A stretch of 64,000 nucleotides of DNA. It comes from Convolutriloba macropyga. Taxonomy: Eukaryota. The DNA is taken from NCBI RefSeq assembly GCF_964194025.1, contig NC_134472.1, positions 16,616,001-16,680,000 of the forward strand, read 5' to 3'. The position numbers were made by a program, and so were the translations under genes. This document shows, piece after piece, positions 21,505-32,959 of the stretch (the first letter of the stretch is position 1; each line of letters opens with the position of its first letter). The notes beneath the pieces were generated by a model, which saw only the letters and a program-made list of their open reading frames with translations, ran no database searches and had not been told where the DNA came from.

Positions 21505-23742
21505 ATGGCGTTGTTGAAAGACTGTTTCTCCAAGGGATTGGATATCAACGAAATCACAGAAGACGAACACAAACTGACCTTTTTGATTTCGCATGTGGGT
21601 TCGGATTTTTTTGCCATCTTGGAACACGCTCCTTCATACAACGAGGCCATTTCCATACTGGACAAGCACTTCAAGAAACCCACTAGGATCATATATGCCC
21701 GTCATCAGCTCCTCTCATGCCGTCAGAAATTGGATGAGTCTTTTTCGGATTTCATCAATAGATTGAAAATTTTACTGCAAAAGTGCGAATGCAAAGCCGT
21801 CAATATTCAGGAACATCAACAGCTCCTGATTCGGGACGCCCTCGTTGCGGGCGTGAAATCGGATATCATTCGCATGCGACTTCTGGAGCAAACGGACGAA
21901 GATGCAACTCTGGAGAATTGCATTTCACTTGCAAGCGCTATTGAACTGTCATCAGACTACAACCGAAGTTTTCGTGGAACTGAAGGACTGGACTCGTCTG
22001 TGCCATCTTCGGAGGCGGCATCAGAGTTGTGCGCCACAGGTCGACCGCCAACTAGTACTGTCAACGAAGGAGGACAAGTTCGAAATAAATGCCAGTTTTG
22101 TGGACTTCGTGGCCATCCGCGACGAAACTGCCCAGCTCGGAACGACAGTTGTCATAAATGCCAAAAGAAAGGACACTGGGCGACTGCTTGTTGGAGCCAG
22201 CTGGCAGTAACACAACAAACTCAGCCAGAAGAGTCATCCGTTTCGGCACTGTCGTCGGTACTTCTCGCGGCCGGAGGAAGCTCCGATGCCCTCTACGCTT
22301 TGGTGAAGTTTGGAGAGAAGGAATTTCTCGGACTTGTTGACTCTCGAGCATCGGAGTCATTCATTTCCTACGAAGCTGCACGTCAGTGTGACGGTAAAAT
22401 AACTATGACAGCATCCGCTACTCAACTTGCAGACAAGACCAAATTACCAATACTTGGCCATATCGATCTGACGATGCAAGTGAACGCGGAAACCTACTCC
22501 ACTCGTCTTAAAATTGCCAAGAGTCTTCTTGCAGATATCATAATCGGCATGGATCTTCTCGGGCAACACTCAGTGGTACAGCTGGAAACAAAGGGGGATC
22601 GTGGCCCCGTCTCATTCTTGAAAGCAGCTCAGGGCACACACGCTGCAGCTATGTTCCCAGCATTGGACATTGAACCACCGATTCTCTTCTCAACCATAAC
22701 CAAGCAAAGGGCCAAACCAATCACAACTAAACCTCGCTATGCGAGTAAAGAGAACCAAGAATATCTTACTCAAGAGATCGATCGCCTACTAGAAGCTGGC
22801 ATCATAGAGCCTTCGTCGTCGCCATGGCGGGCCCAAGCATTTGTGGTTAGACGTGGATCAAAGCCGCTTATGGTTATAGACTATTCAGAAACGATAAATC
22901 GTTATACGGAACCCGATGGATACCCGTTCCCGGAAGTGGAGACAATACTCGACGGAGCTGCACAGGACAAATATTCCTCTCGCGTGGACCTGAAATCTGC
23001 CTATCATCAAGTACCTATTCAGGAATCAGATCGTCCATTCACAGCCTTCGAAGCAAATGGAGCGTTGTATCAGTTCACTCGACTTGCTTTTGGGCTAACT
23101 AACGCAGTTCCTGTTTTTCAACGAGTGATCGATTCTATCATTCGCAAGGAGAAGCTAGAAAAGACACAAGCCTATCTGGATGATGTTATTATTTCGGGGG
23201 CAACTCAAGAGGAGCATGACCGTAATCTGGAGAGGTTTATATCAACAGTGAAGAAATACGGAATCACTCTCAACAAAGACAATGGTCTGTTCAACGTACA
23301 ACGAATTTCGTTGCTTGGCCATATTCTGGAAAAGGGTACAACGCGGCCTGACCCTGAGAGACTCAAGACACTTATGGACTATCCGTTACCGGCCACTAAG
23401 CAGGAACTCCACAGGCTCATTGGATTCTTTGCCTACAACGCGAAGTGGATTGCGCATTACTCGGATAAAGTCCGACCGCTCCTGGACGCTTTCAATGCAG
23501 GCCTTCTGCCTCTTCCAGAGTCTGCGGTCAAGGCTATAGGGAAACTGAAAGATGCTATAGCGAAGTCGCTTTTGGCTGTTCCTAATTCTGGTTCGCCGCT
23601 CATTATGACGACAGACGCTTCAGGAACGGCGATAGGAGGAACGCTCACGCAAGACTCGCAGCCTATTGCTTTCTTTTCGCGCTCTCTCAGTTTGGGGAAC
23701 GTAAACAGTCAGCAGCGGAACATGAAGCATTGGCCATTGTAG
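21505..23742 (+). CDS. Gypsy gag-pol part 1 (Gag with two CCHC knuckles, protease, RT, start of RNase H)
   Basis: CQFCGLRGHPRRNC and CHKCQKKGHWATAC; LVDSRAS (protease DSG altered to DSR); DLKSAYHQ, FGLTNA, YLDD; TDASG. True start is probably ATG 21458, with a 1-nt deletion near 21516. Confidence 0.93.
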   Translation: MALLKDCFSKGLDINEITEDEHKLTFLISHVGSDFFAILEHAPSYNEAISILDKHFKKPTRIIYARHQLLSCRQKLDESFSDFINRLKILLQKCECKAVNIQEHQQLLIRDALVAGVKSDIIRMRLLEQTDEDATLENCISLASAIELSSDYNRSFRGTEGLDSSVPSSEAASELCATGRPPTSTVNEGGQVRNKCQFCGLRGHPRRNCPARNDSCHKCQKKGHWATACWSQLAVTQQTQPEESSVSALSSVLLAAGGSSDALYALVKFGEKEFLGLVDSRASESFISYEAARQCDGKITMTASATQLADKTKLPILGHIDLTMQVNAETYSTRLKIAKSLLADIIIGMDLLGQHSVVQLETKGDRGPVSFLKAAQGTHAAAMFPALDIEPPILFSTITKQRAKPITTKPRYASKENQEYLTQEIDRLLEAGIIEPSSSPWRAQAFVVRRGSKPLMVIDYSETINRYTEPDGYPFPEVETILDGAAQDKYSSRVDLKSAYHQVPIQESDRPFTAFEANGALYQFTRLAFGLTNAVPVFQRVIDSIIRKEKLEKTQAYLDDVIISGATQEEHDRNLERFISTVKKYGITLNKDNGLFNVQRISLLGHILEKGTTRPDPERLKTLMDYPLPATKQELHRLIGFFAYNAKWIAHYSDKVRPLLDAFNAGLLPLPESAVKAIGKLKDAIAKSLLAVPNSGSPLIMTTDASGTAIGGTLTQDSQPIAFFSRSLSLGNVNSQQRNMKHWPL

Positions 23743-25190
23743 AGTGTAGCCGTAAGTGGATGCCATATATGAGAGCTTACCATACCTTGATTCAAACGGA
23801 CCAAGAGGCCGTTGCTTTTATCTTCTCTCGCAAAAAGTCCAAGGTTAAGAATGACAAGCTGATGCGGTGGCGATTAGAACTCTCCACACTGTCATATGGA
23901 ATCGAGTATAGGAAGGGGTCAGAGAACATCGCAGCGGATGCACTCTCACGCATTGCGTCAATTGATAATTCCGGCACAGTGGACAACCTTCACAGACGCT
24001 TGTGCCATCCTGGAATTACAAGAATGTGGGAGTACGTCAGTCGACACAAATTACCATTTACTTTGAACGAAGTACGACAGTCTTGCTCTGAGTGTCCCAC
24101 CTGCCTCGAATGGAAGCCTAAGTTCTACCGTCCCGAGAAAGCTCATATTATAAAGGCTACTCGGCCGTTCGAACGTATTAGCATTGATTTGGTAGGACCA
24201 AAATCAATGTCCCCAGCTGGAAATCGCTATCTTCTCACTGTAATTGATGAGTACAGTCGTTTTCAGTTTGCAATACCTTTAAAAGATATTTGTGCACAGT
24301 CAGTCATAAGGTCTCTCAAGTCAATCTTCTCACTTTGTGGAACTCCGGGCTTCATTCACTCAGATAGGGGGACACAGTTTATGTCAGCCGACTTCGATAA
24401 ATTCTGCGCCGATACGGGTATCGCACACTCCCGAACCACACCGTATAACCCCAAAGGCAACGGCCAATGTGAGCGCCTTAATGGAACGGTTTGGAAGGGC
24501 GTCGTCTGTACACTCCATTCTCGCGGTCTGCAACCCGATCGGTGGGAAGATATACGGCCTGATGTGCTGGCGTCAATCCGAGCACTCATTTGTACATCTA
24601 CACAAGAAACACCTCACGAGCGGTTTTTTGGTTTCAAACGCAGGGCGCCTGCCAAATGGAATCTCCCTTCATGGCTGGCGCCGGGTCAGCCCGTGTATGT
24701 CAAGAGTTTTGTTCGCAACAAAGGCGACCCTATAGTTCAGCCTGCAGAAGTTGTGGAGCCAATAAACAATCAATTTACGAGAATTAGGCGGCGTAATGGA
24801 GCAGTTGACACAGTTTCATCGTCCATGTTATCTCGCGGCAGCGTGGTGCCAAACCCTCGACGAAGATCCTCCCTGCCTCATCCCGTGAATGTCCCGGAAA
24901 AGCCGCAGGAGGGAAGCGATGTAATAGCGGATACGTCGATTATGGACAACAATGCGCAAACGCTGGAAACGCTGGCTCCAGGATCGCAGCAAGATGTTTG
25001 CATGCCACGTACTGGTGAGGAGTCACCGCCCGTCATTTCCCAGCCAAGGGAGCCGGCAGGCCAGAGCACTCGTCGCAGTGGAAGAGTAAGGCGTCTGCCA
25101 GAACGCCTACGCTCAACTGTAGACAGCAGCATCATCCCTGAGACTTTCGCCGAAGACGAGATCATTTGGAAGTACAAGGAGCAACATTAG
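23730..25190 (+). CDS. Gypsy pol part 2 (rest of RNase H and integrase), separated by a 1-nt frameshift near 23695
   Basis: E.EALAIVE, QTDQEA and N.AADALSR (RNase H); H..LCHPG...CSECPTC zinc finger; D-D-E triad in ISIDLVGP, HSDRG and NGQCER. Confidence 0.93.
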   Translation: MAIVECSRKWMPYMRAYHTLIQTDQEAVAFIFSRKKSKVKNDKLMRWRLELSTLSYGIEYRKGSENIAADALSRIASIDNSGTVDNLHRRLCHPGITRMWEYVSRHKLPFTLNEVRQSCSECPTCLEWKPKFYRPEKAHIIKATRPFERISIDLVGPKSMSPAGNRYLLTVIDEYSRFQFAIPLKDICAQSVIRSLKSIFSLCGTPGFIHSDRGTQFMSADFDKFCADTGIAHSRTTPYNPKGNGQCERLNGTVWKGVVCTLHSRGLQPDRWEDIRPDVLASIRALICTSTQETPHERFFGFKRRAPAKWNLPSWLAPGQPVYVKSFVRNKGDPIVQPAEVVEPINNQFTRIRRRNGAVDTVSSSMLSRGSVVPNPRRRSSLPHPVNVPEKPQEGSDVIADTSIMDNNAQTLETLAPGSQQDVCMPRTGEESPPVISQPREPAGQSTRRSGRVRRLPERLRSTVDSSIIPETFAEDEIIWKYKEQH

Positions 25191-25200
25191 CGGGGGAGAA

Positions 25201-25334
25201 TGTTGTGATAGTCGTTATAAATAATCTACCATTCCTTGTTGTTATTCCTGCATTTGTTTATGTGTTTGATATCGTGTATCTTTCAGAACCAACGTTGAGT
25301 TAAAGCTTTAAGACAAAGCCTGTTTTCCACTACA
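25201..25334 (+). repeat. 3' LTR
   Basis: Identical to the 5' LTR; preceded by PPT AGCGGGGGAGAA and followed by TSD TTTCC. Confidence 0.97.
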
Positions 25335-25559
25335 TTTCCTTAATCAGCTCCCGTTGAAGAACCCGATTTAATTCAGAACTATAAACGTTAGAAGGAGAAA
25401 GCTATCAATGCTAAAGTGTACTGCGAAGAAATTTTCACTTGAAATTGAAGTAAATGTACGTTCTCGAATTTTGCGTTCATCGTGAGGTTGATTTGAAATT
25501 GCTGCACAATCGAACAAAATTGAATTGCACTTCACTTTGACTAAATTTATCAAACTCAA

Positions 25560-27560
25560 CGGAATGAGTTGTTAAAATGAGGCATTTTGCAAATTATTTA
25601 CAGTTTAAATTACATTTACATTTTATTTAAATTCAATACACCCCACAAATTATTATCTTTATTCCAGAAATCCCAATTTCCGGGTATGTTTTCTTTTGTT
25701 GTTATCTTTTGTTGCTGTTATCAACAAAAAAGACAAAAATTTCTCGTAGGAAAAGAGTTCCCTGGATTGACAAGGAAGTTCAACGAGAAATAATAAAAAA
25801 AAATAGTAAACTCAAAAAGTCAAGAAAACATTCAAAATTCCTTCCGGAATTCAAAGTGCTTAGTCGCCAAAAAGAAACGCCAGTATATAACAAAAATGTC
25901 CTGTGTACAATTTCAAAAAAGGCAATATCGTCAGAGACATTAACGAAATAATGGGTAACGGGGTAGAGAGCAAACAAATCTCACTTCGAATCGAAGGTGC
26001 GCTACTGTTGATAGTGAGACCGTAGCTGACTTGTTCAATAGGTATTTCACGATTGTTCAATAGGCAATAAACGAAAAATCTGCACTTATTCCAAATAAAT
26101 CAAGCACTTATTCCAAATAAATCAACTGGACTCGACCGTATCTCAGTAAAAACTGAAATTTATGCTTCCGGATATTTTGCCAAACATAACTGCACTTATA
26201 AACAGTTCTCCCGAGGAAGTTTTCCAGATGGTCTCAAAAAGGCACCCGTAACTCCGCTCTTCAAAGAAGGCTCAATGTTTGAGGTGAGCATTTGTCGACC
26301 AGTATCAATCTTGCCTGTTGTTAGGAAAGTCCTCGAACAAGCTATGTATACCAAATTGTATAGCTTTATGAACAAACGATTCATTGAAAAACAATTCGGT
26401 TTTCTAACTAGATGTAGTACAGTTTTGGTAATCGCTTAGATAGTTTTGAAAATACAATTTAACATGTCAACCAAACAGTTTTGTTTTTTCCTTGACCTTA
26501 GTAAAACGTTCGATACCGTTAATAATGATTTGACGATTGAAAAACTGGAAAATTAGGGTAAGACGAGATTCATTTTGAGTTGGTCTCGCAGACATTTCTT
26601 GAACCGTCAACAGACTTTTTTCATAAAAGCAGCTATCTCGGAGTTCAAGGTAATCATTAGCGGTGTGCCACAAGGGTCAATGCTTGGCCCTCTCCTTTTC
26701 ATTATATATATGAACGACTTTTATAACAGTTGCAAATAATTGGACAAATATATGTTTGCGGATGACACAACACTTTTGTACTCTGCAGAAACTCTGTTTG
26801 ACAGAAGCATTGGTTTTGACTTTGTTTGCCTGAAAAAGCGGATCACTTGTAATCATATGTATTTGAATGTAAAGAAACCTGAACTCGTGTGATTCTGTGA
26901 TCCACTGAGAGATATTAGGCTTCAAAATGAAAGGTTGAAAAACTCAGATTCTGTGAAGTACCTGAGCATTCATTTAGAAAGAAGCCTTTCACTCGCCGTT
27001 CATGTTGATAAGGTTGTAAAACTCTTGTCAAAGCATATGTTTGCAGTTGCAAGAATCGAGAAGTTTGTGAGGAGAAACGTTCTCATTGTTTATTACCGAC
27101 CATTTATCGAACCGATAGTTCGATATGGTCTTTTAATCATTGGATGTACATCACTTTTGAATTTCCGTCGTATTTATAAGGTGTTGAAAAAAACTGCTTA
27201 AGTTGATATTTTTTTAAAAGAAAAACAAATAAAGTGTATCCTGGCTTTTCTCAGAATCTACTATTCTAAGTGTATACGACTTAAACATTATGGATTTATT
27301 GAAATTTGCTTTGAAATCGGTTAACGCTTAGTTGTCTACTCGGTATCTCGACAGCCTTTATATGCGTGGCTTGAGAAATTGTTTCAATTCAAGGAGCGTC
27401 TCATCTGGCCTCATCAAGAGATTACGCCTGATTTAAGACTCAGATAAGAATTCATTGGCTGAAAGAGGATACGTTGTCTAAAATTACCTGACTAGTAATG
27501 GCTTTTTTATCCTGTTTGCAGAGACGAAACGTCTTTAATACGTTCAATAGATCATATGAA
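25560..27560 (+). mobile_element. Decayed CR1/L2-type LINE (RT region)
   Basis: Remnants PWIDKE, VTPLFK, RPVSILP, FLDLSKTFDTV, GVPQGSMLGPLLFIIYMND, MFADDT and VKYLSI with stops and frameshifts. Confidence 0.85.
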
Positions 27561-27800
27561 AATTTTGTAGATAAAAACAATTATTCGATACATTTATTCT
27601 TCATATAATTCTGTTCTTCGTTTTTGAGGGTTTGATGTAGATAAAATTTCGAAGTAACTTATACCAACTGTTTTTCAATTCCAAAAGGTCAAAATTTACA
27701 TTTGATTTGATATACTGAACGTCAGAAATAAGTTATTGTCCCCTAGTTTGTGAAGTTAGTAAAAAAACTTAAAAACAAATTAGTCTAAATCTAATATAAA

Positions 27801-29230
27801 ATCAAACGTTTCCGCTATAAATAGCATCGTCACGTTATCAACTGTACTCTATGAGTCTTTTCAACTCGGATGAAAAAGTATCAACCATGACTACAAAGAC
27901 GAAAGTTTTGAGATCTTTGAATTGATACACTTGTTTAGACTGAATTTTTTAATTTTCAAAAATCTTTGATTTTCAGCTTTCGAAAAATATTGCTTTATTT
28001 TGTTCATTTTAGAAATTTTGGGGACTGTTTACCAGATATATTTTTTGTTTAAAAAATTTTAAACAGGCCCTCTCACATGACAGACTAATACTGGAGTGTC
28101 AGCCCATGACCCCGGTTTTTGTCGGGCGTGTTCATTTTTGGTTTTTGTTGCCCTATGTGCAAGACCTCCACAGTGATTAATGTTTCAGTGTCGCTACACT
28201 GGTTGAGGTTACGCAAACTAAATGACTTTCACGAACCATAGCAGTCGCTAACGTGCAGCCCGTCGAAAGAATCAAGTCTATGTTCTGTCACTCTGGCGTT
28301 AACATATTGGAAATTGTGACCGACATAGGTGGATTCACATCCACTATAAGAAATTTCATAAACCACATGAGTTTACAGATATTCGTTGAAACTCGACCTA
28401 AGCCAAGGCAAGCCTGTTATCATTTTCCTAGTCGTATAAATAATACTTAACCGAGCTATCTTCTGTAGTTTTTTTTTGAATCGCACGCTTAAATTGTCAC
28501 TGCATTTAGTTGAAACAGCGGGGGTTTCCTCTAGACAATTTTTTGCCAATCGTATATCCTTTTCTTGCTATTGGAGGCTTTCTCTTTCCCTACCAAAAGT
28601 GTTTCGAGAGCTTCGTTTACAAGCTTTCCTGCATAAATTTTAGAACACTGATCTGTCAACCCTATTTCTTGATTTGAGTTCCTTACGTCATCAAATTTTT
28701 CCAATTAATCATGCCAGGCAAAAACCTACGGACTTTGCCTTGCATTATATTTTTGTTGTGTTGTAATTGTCAGAACTACGAAACTTTTTTATAGTAGAGG
28801 TAACAGTAGGCGGCTTAAAGTCCTTGCTTACACATATGTTCATGTCAGGAAAAGCCAGTTCACCATTTGCATCTACAATTTCTAATGTATACTTAAGGTG
28901 TTCACTCAATGCGTTAACTTCCTTGAATAAATCTTTCGTTGTTGATGTCGCGCTAAAAACAATTTTGTCAAAAAATTGCTCAAAATTTTTTTTTCTCTAC
29001 TTGATATATGATTTGGATAATTTGTTGTACTGACAAGAGAACCAAATAAAATCCCCAATTAATTTACATTCTTCATTGCTTATCTTCTGGCATTTTGCGT
29101 AAAACCATTTTCCGCATCGTTCACTTTCAATTCGCCTACTATTCCAAACTATTCTTCGTGAACAATCCGGGCATTTTTCACTGGGAGCTTTCTTCAAGCC
29201 GGACTCAAGATCAGAACTATAGGGATCCAG
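27801..29230 (-). mobile_element. Decayed, 5'-truncated Penelope-like copy 2 (PHD, RT C-terminus, GIY-YIG, hammerhead remnant)
   Basis: PHD remnant CPDC..ERCGKWFYAKCQKISNEE at 29173-29028. C-terminus MNTPDKNRGHGLTLQY* (~28140-28085) matches LNTRDEYRGRELTLKY* of copy 1. Hammerhead remnant at 27838-27801. Confidence 0.85.
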
Positions 29231-29469
29231 TTTCAAACCTGTGATCGTTGTATTGTGGGGGAGGATATTCTGTTCTCTTTTGTAAGTAATAGTAATTTTT
29301 GCATGAAAAAGGAAATTTGCCGCCAAAATTTTCATGATGATTTGTGTTGATTTTAACTGTTTTCATTTTAAGAACATCTTCAGAACTGCATTTCTATCGG
29401 CTATTTATGGATGAACTCGCGTAAAAAAAATGAAGAAAATAAAAACCAATTCGTCTAATTCAAAATTTA

Positions 29470-31950
29470 ATAAAGAACGTTTTTGATATAACTAGTATCA
29501 TCGGGTTAATAATTGGTTGCTAAGAGAGTACCAAAATGGAATTATGTCAACAATAATTACAAAGATTATAGTTTTTGAGTGCTTGTAATTGATCCATTTG
29601 TTTTATCGAATTTTTCAATTTTGAAAAATCTATCGTTTTCTGTTTTCAAACAATGTTGCTAATTTTTTAAAGTTCCGAAAAATTGAGGGACACTTTTCCG
29701 ACAGTAACGCGATCCTTCGCCTTTTGTGCAAGTATTGTAAGAAATTATTTCGAACAAGCCAACTCACATGTCAGACTAATAATTAAGTGTCAGCTCCCGC
29801 CCCGGTATTTTTCGCGCTGGTTTAATTTTGTTTTTTGCTGCTATATGTGCATTGCCTTCACGGTGATCAGCTTTTCAGTGTCAGTGCACTGTTCATGATT
29901 TGTCAATTGAAAGGCGATGTCGAACCATTACATTTGCTAACATGCTGCCCCACTGGTGAATACAATTTTTCGTAATCTGTCATCCTCGTGGTAACATGAA
30001 TGCCATTCTGGCCTACATAGGTGAACACAAATCCACTAAAAAAATTCAACAAATCACGTGAGATCTTAGATCTTTTATCGAAATTCATCTGAAACAAAGG
30101 CAAATAATTTTTCGTTTTTCAAGTCATGAAAATAATATTTAACCGAGATGTCATTTGTAGTTTATTCAATCGCACGCTTAAATTGTCTATTTATTGCATT
30201 AAAAAAAGGTGATATTTCCTCTAGACTAAATTTTGTCAATGGTATTTCTTATTTTTGGTCTTTGGGGCTTTCTGTTTCACTACCACAAGTGTATCGAAGG
30301 TCTCGCTTACAATTTTTGCAATCCAGTTTTCATGGTTTTATTTTTCAACCAAATATCCCGAATTCTTTTATGTGCTTCGTCAAAACTTTTGTAAATACTC
30401 GTGGAGGGGTAACGCCTATGCAGAGTGCTTATATTTTTCTTGTTTTGCAAAGAATGCGAAAAGTTTTCCTTTCTGAAATTTTGAGGGACTCTTTTGGAGA
30501 ATATCGTGATTTTTTGCCTTTTTTGCATATAGTGTTTGATAAAATTCTTTTGTCGATTAAGCCGACTCAGATATCAGACAAAAAATTTCATTTTTTGGTG
30601 CAATGTTATTCAAAATTTCATGAGAATTGATGAAAGCATTTTACAACACTGATTGCCTACACCATTGGTTCTGCTGCTTACCAGCGAAAATTGTATTTTA
30701 CTTAACGACCACCCAATATAAAATTGACCAGTTCTGTCCAAGTCTCGCAAGAAAATAAAAGTTGTCACGATGTCAATATTTGCTCACAATTTTCGGCTCC
30801 ATATTTTAATGCAAAAAAGCGAAATTAATAATAGTTGAACAAGCGTGAAAACATATCACATGGTGATACAACTTCCTTGTTACTGTGAATCTTGGATGAA
30901 GTTTATCAAATTTACACTGGGACCTCTGGTTTTTAAACGTTGTTACTTAGTTGATTTTCATAGTGAGACTTGTACGCAAAGTTTGTACCTATTATGGTAG
31001 ACTACTAGTGCAGGGGTACAATGCTGTGAAATTGTTGTCAAAATGTTGTTTTAAGTTGGAGTAATACTGCGTCAAAAACTGAATTTTCATTTCGCAAAAA
31101 AGGGAGTGCTATTCAGTAGATTACTTTGTTGTTCAGTATATTTTTTTACTACAAAAACACGCTTCAGACGCTCTCATTGACTTAACAGATGAGACTAATT
31201 ACATTAGTCTTTTGGTCACGCTTAAAATGTCCAGCCAAACCCAGATAATTGCAATCCTCTCTTGTCAGAGAAACCTGAGAAACCTAACATTATATTCTAC
31301 ACTTCAAGATGGGCGAGCAATTCTTAATTTCATCTTGTGAGAGAGGTTGTACACAGGTTTTTCGGTGTGCCCAGAAAAAATTGAGTGACCCATATTCTGC
31401 ATTGAACGAAAAAAATCGACGTATGCTCATTTCTCTTGAGATTCTTGATTATGTTAATCTTTTTCAGTTTGTGCTCTATAATTTTTTTCGGATTTTTTTT
31501 CGTCAACGTTTCATTAAAAACACTCAATATCTACTCAATCAGATGCTGGTTTTATCATGATATCCTGATATTTGTTAAGAGCTAAATAAAAAGATTGCGA
31601 AGCACTAGTTGCATTGAAACTTTATGTATAGTCTCTTGATTTACGCTTTTGTTAAATCGTAACAATCCACAGGTACAAAATTGATGTTCTGGCGATATCT
31701 TTTGAAACAAATGACACCTAATTTGTAGACCGCTATCAAAATCATATCCTACCGTTATTTATAGTTATAATGCGCTTTGCCATTTTTACACTTGAAAGCA
31801 GGATTTACATGGCTCTTAAATGACACATTTCCCTCCAGAAAGAAAGCGTCGTTTACAATTAATGCACAATCATTTCATGTAAGTATATTTGCGCTTCCCT
31901 CTTAGATCCAGATTCTGCAAAGAATTTCTATAAATTTGATGTTAAAATTT
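29470..31950 (-). mobile_element. Decayed Penelope-like copy 3
   Basis: C-terminal LNQREKYRG.ELTLNY* (~29830-29776), TYVGQ..HVTTRMT GIY-YIG remnant (~30020-29980), RT and N-terminal remnants up to ~31950, hammerhead remnant at ~29510-29475. Confidence 0.75.
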
Positions 31951-32959
31951 GTCATAAAACCGGCACACAAAAGCACCTCCAAGAGAGCCGTCAGATTGCG
32001 TGTACCACATGTTATAACAATTTGAGCGAACGTTTGCTCCGGAACCTCGTCAGCAGAGTGGTTTTTTATGAGCAATTTGATTTGCCTCCTGTACATTATA
32101 AGTAGTTTTATGATAATTCAATTACCTTTTGAGTGTATCAACAATGTTAAAAAAATGTTAACATAAAAATAAGAATAATGCAAAAATTGATGACAAAAAC
32201 TACATCTGTGTCAGAGAAACCATGTGCAAGATAAGTCAAAATCATCTTTTTTGCTTCTAATTGTCATTGGTAGATTCTGAGTTGCGGTTTTGGATTTGCA
32301 GGTATCCTTGAAAAATTTGAAGTTGACATTATGTAAATCAGCGGCTTCAGTATTAATAGATTCCACTCTGGAAAAAAACAATATTTCTGAATCATTTTTT
32401 AGAGCTCGTGTGAGTGTCAGACGTTTAAAATCAACAGTTGGTAGATCTAAGACCTTTCAGTTGAACTTATGTAATGGTCAAAAGATATGCAATTCTAATT
32501 GTTTAAGAATCGTGCAAAAACACGTAAATCTCTCTCGATAAGTTGATAGCATATTGGCAGAGAGCTTGATAATTTTAGCAGGGAGGAGTAGTCATTGTAC
32601 CAACACATCATTGCAGACCATTGATATTTAGCTGTTCTAGTTTTCGTTGATCAGAAATTTTGGCAAACAAGCCGGGTAGTCATACAAAAAACCGACAAAA
32701 CAAATTATTTGACCAAATTGAATTTAACTCCCGATTGGAGGTAGAGCGGAACACTGTGCTTCAAGTAATTGAACGATGGACTAGATTTTGCAAATTTTGT
32801 TCAAGTAAGAAGAATCCTTGTTCATATACGAAGAATCCTTGTTCGAATACGAAGAATCCTCGTTACGAAGAATTTTCGCTAAATGATGTAAATTATCCCA
32901 TGACACTACTAATCTGTAAAAATCAGGTTTTAGATGAATTAAAAGACAAATAATTCAAA

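Larger units (their letters stand above)
21300..25334 (+). mobile_element. Full-length Ty3/Gypsy LTR retrotransposon
   Basis: Identical 134-bp TG...CA LTRs (21300-21433, 25201-25334), TSD TTTCC (21295-21299 and 25335-25339), polypurine tract at 25189-25200, domain order gag-PR-RT-RH-IN. Confidence 0.97.

Noticed and set aside
23690-23742. Programmed ribosomal frameshift in the Gypsy element
   Set aside because: The break is in the middle of RNase H, not at a gag/pol boundary, and there is no slippery heptamer; a 1-nt deletion explains it.
24800-25190. Chromodomain or env gene at the 3' end of the Gypsy element
   Set aside because: The integrase tail is low-complexity P/S/R-rich with no chromodomain aromatic pattern, and the stop codon abuts the PPT, leaving no room for env.
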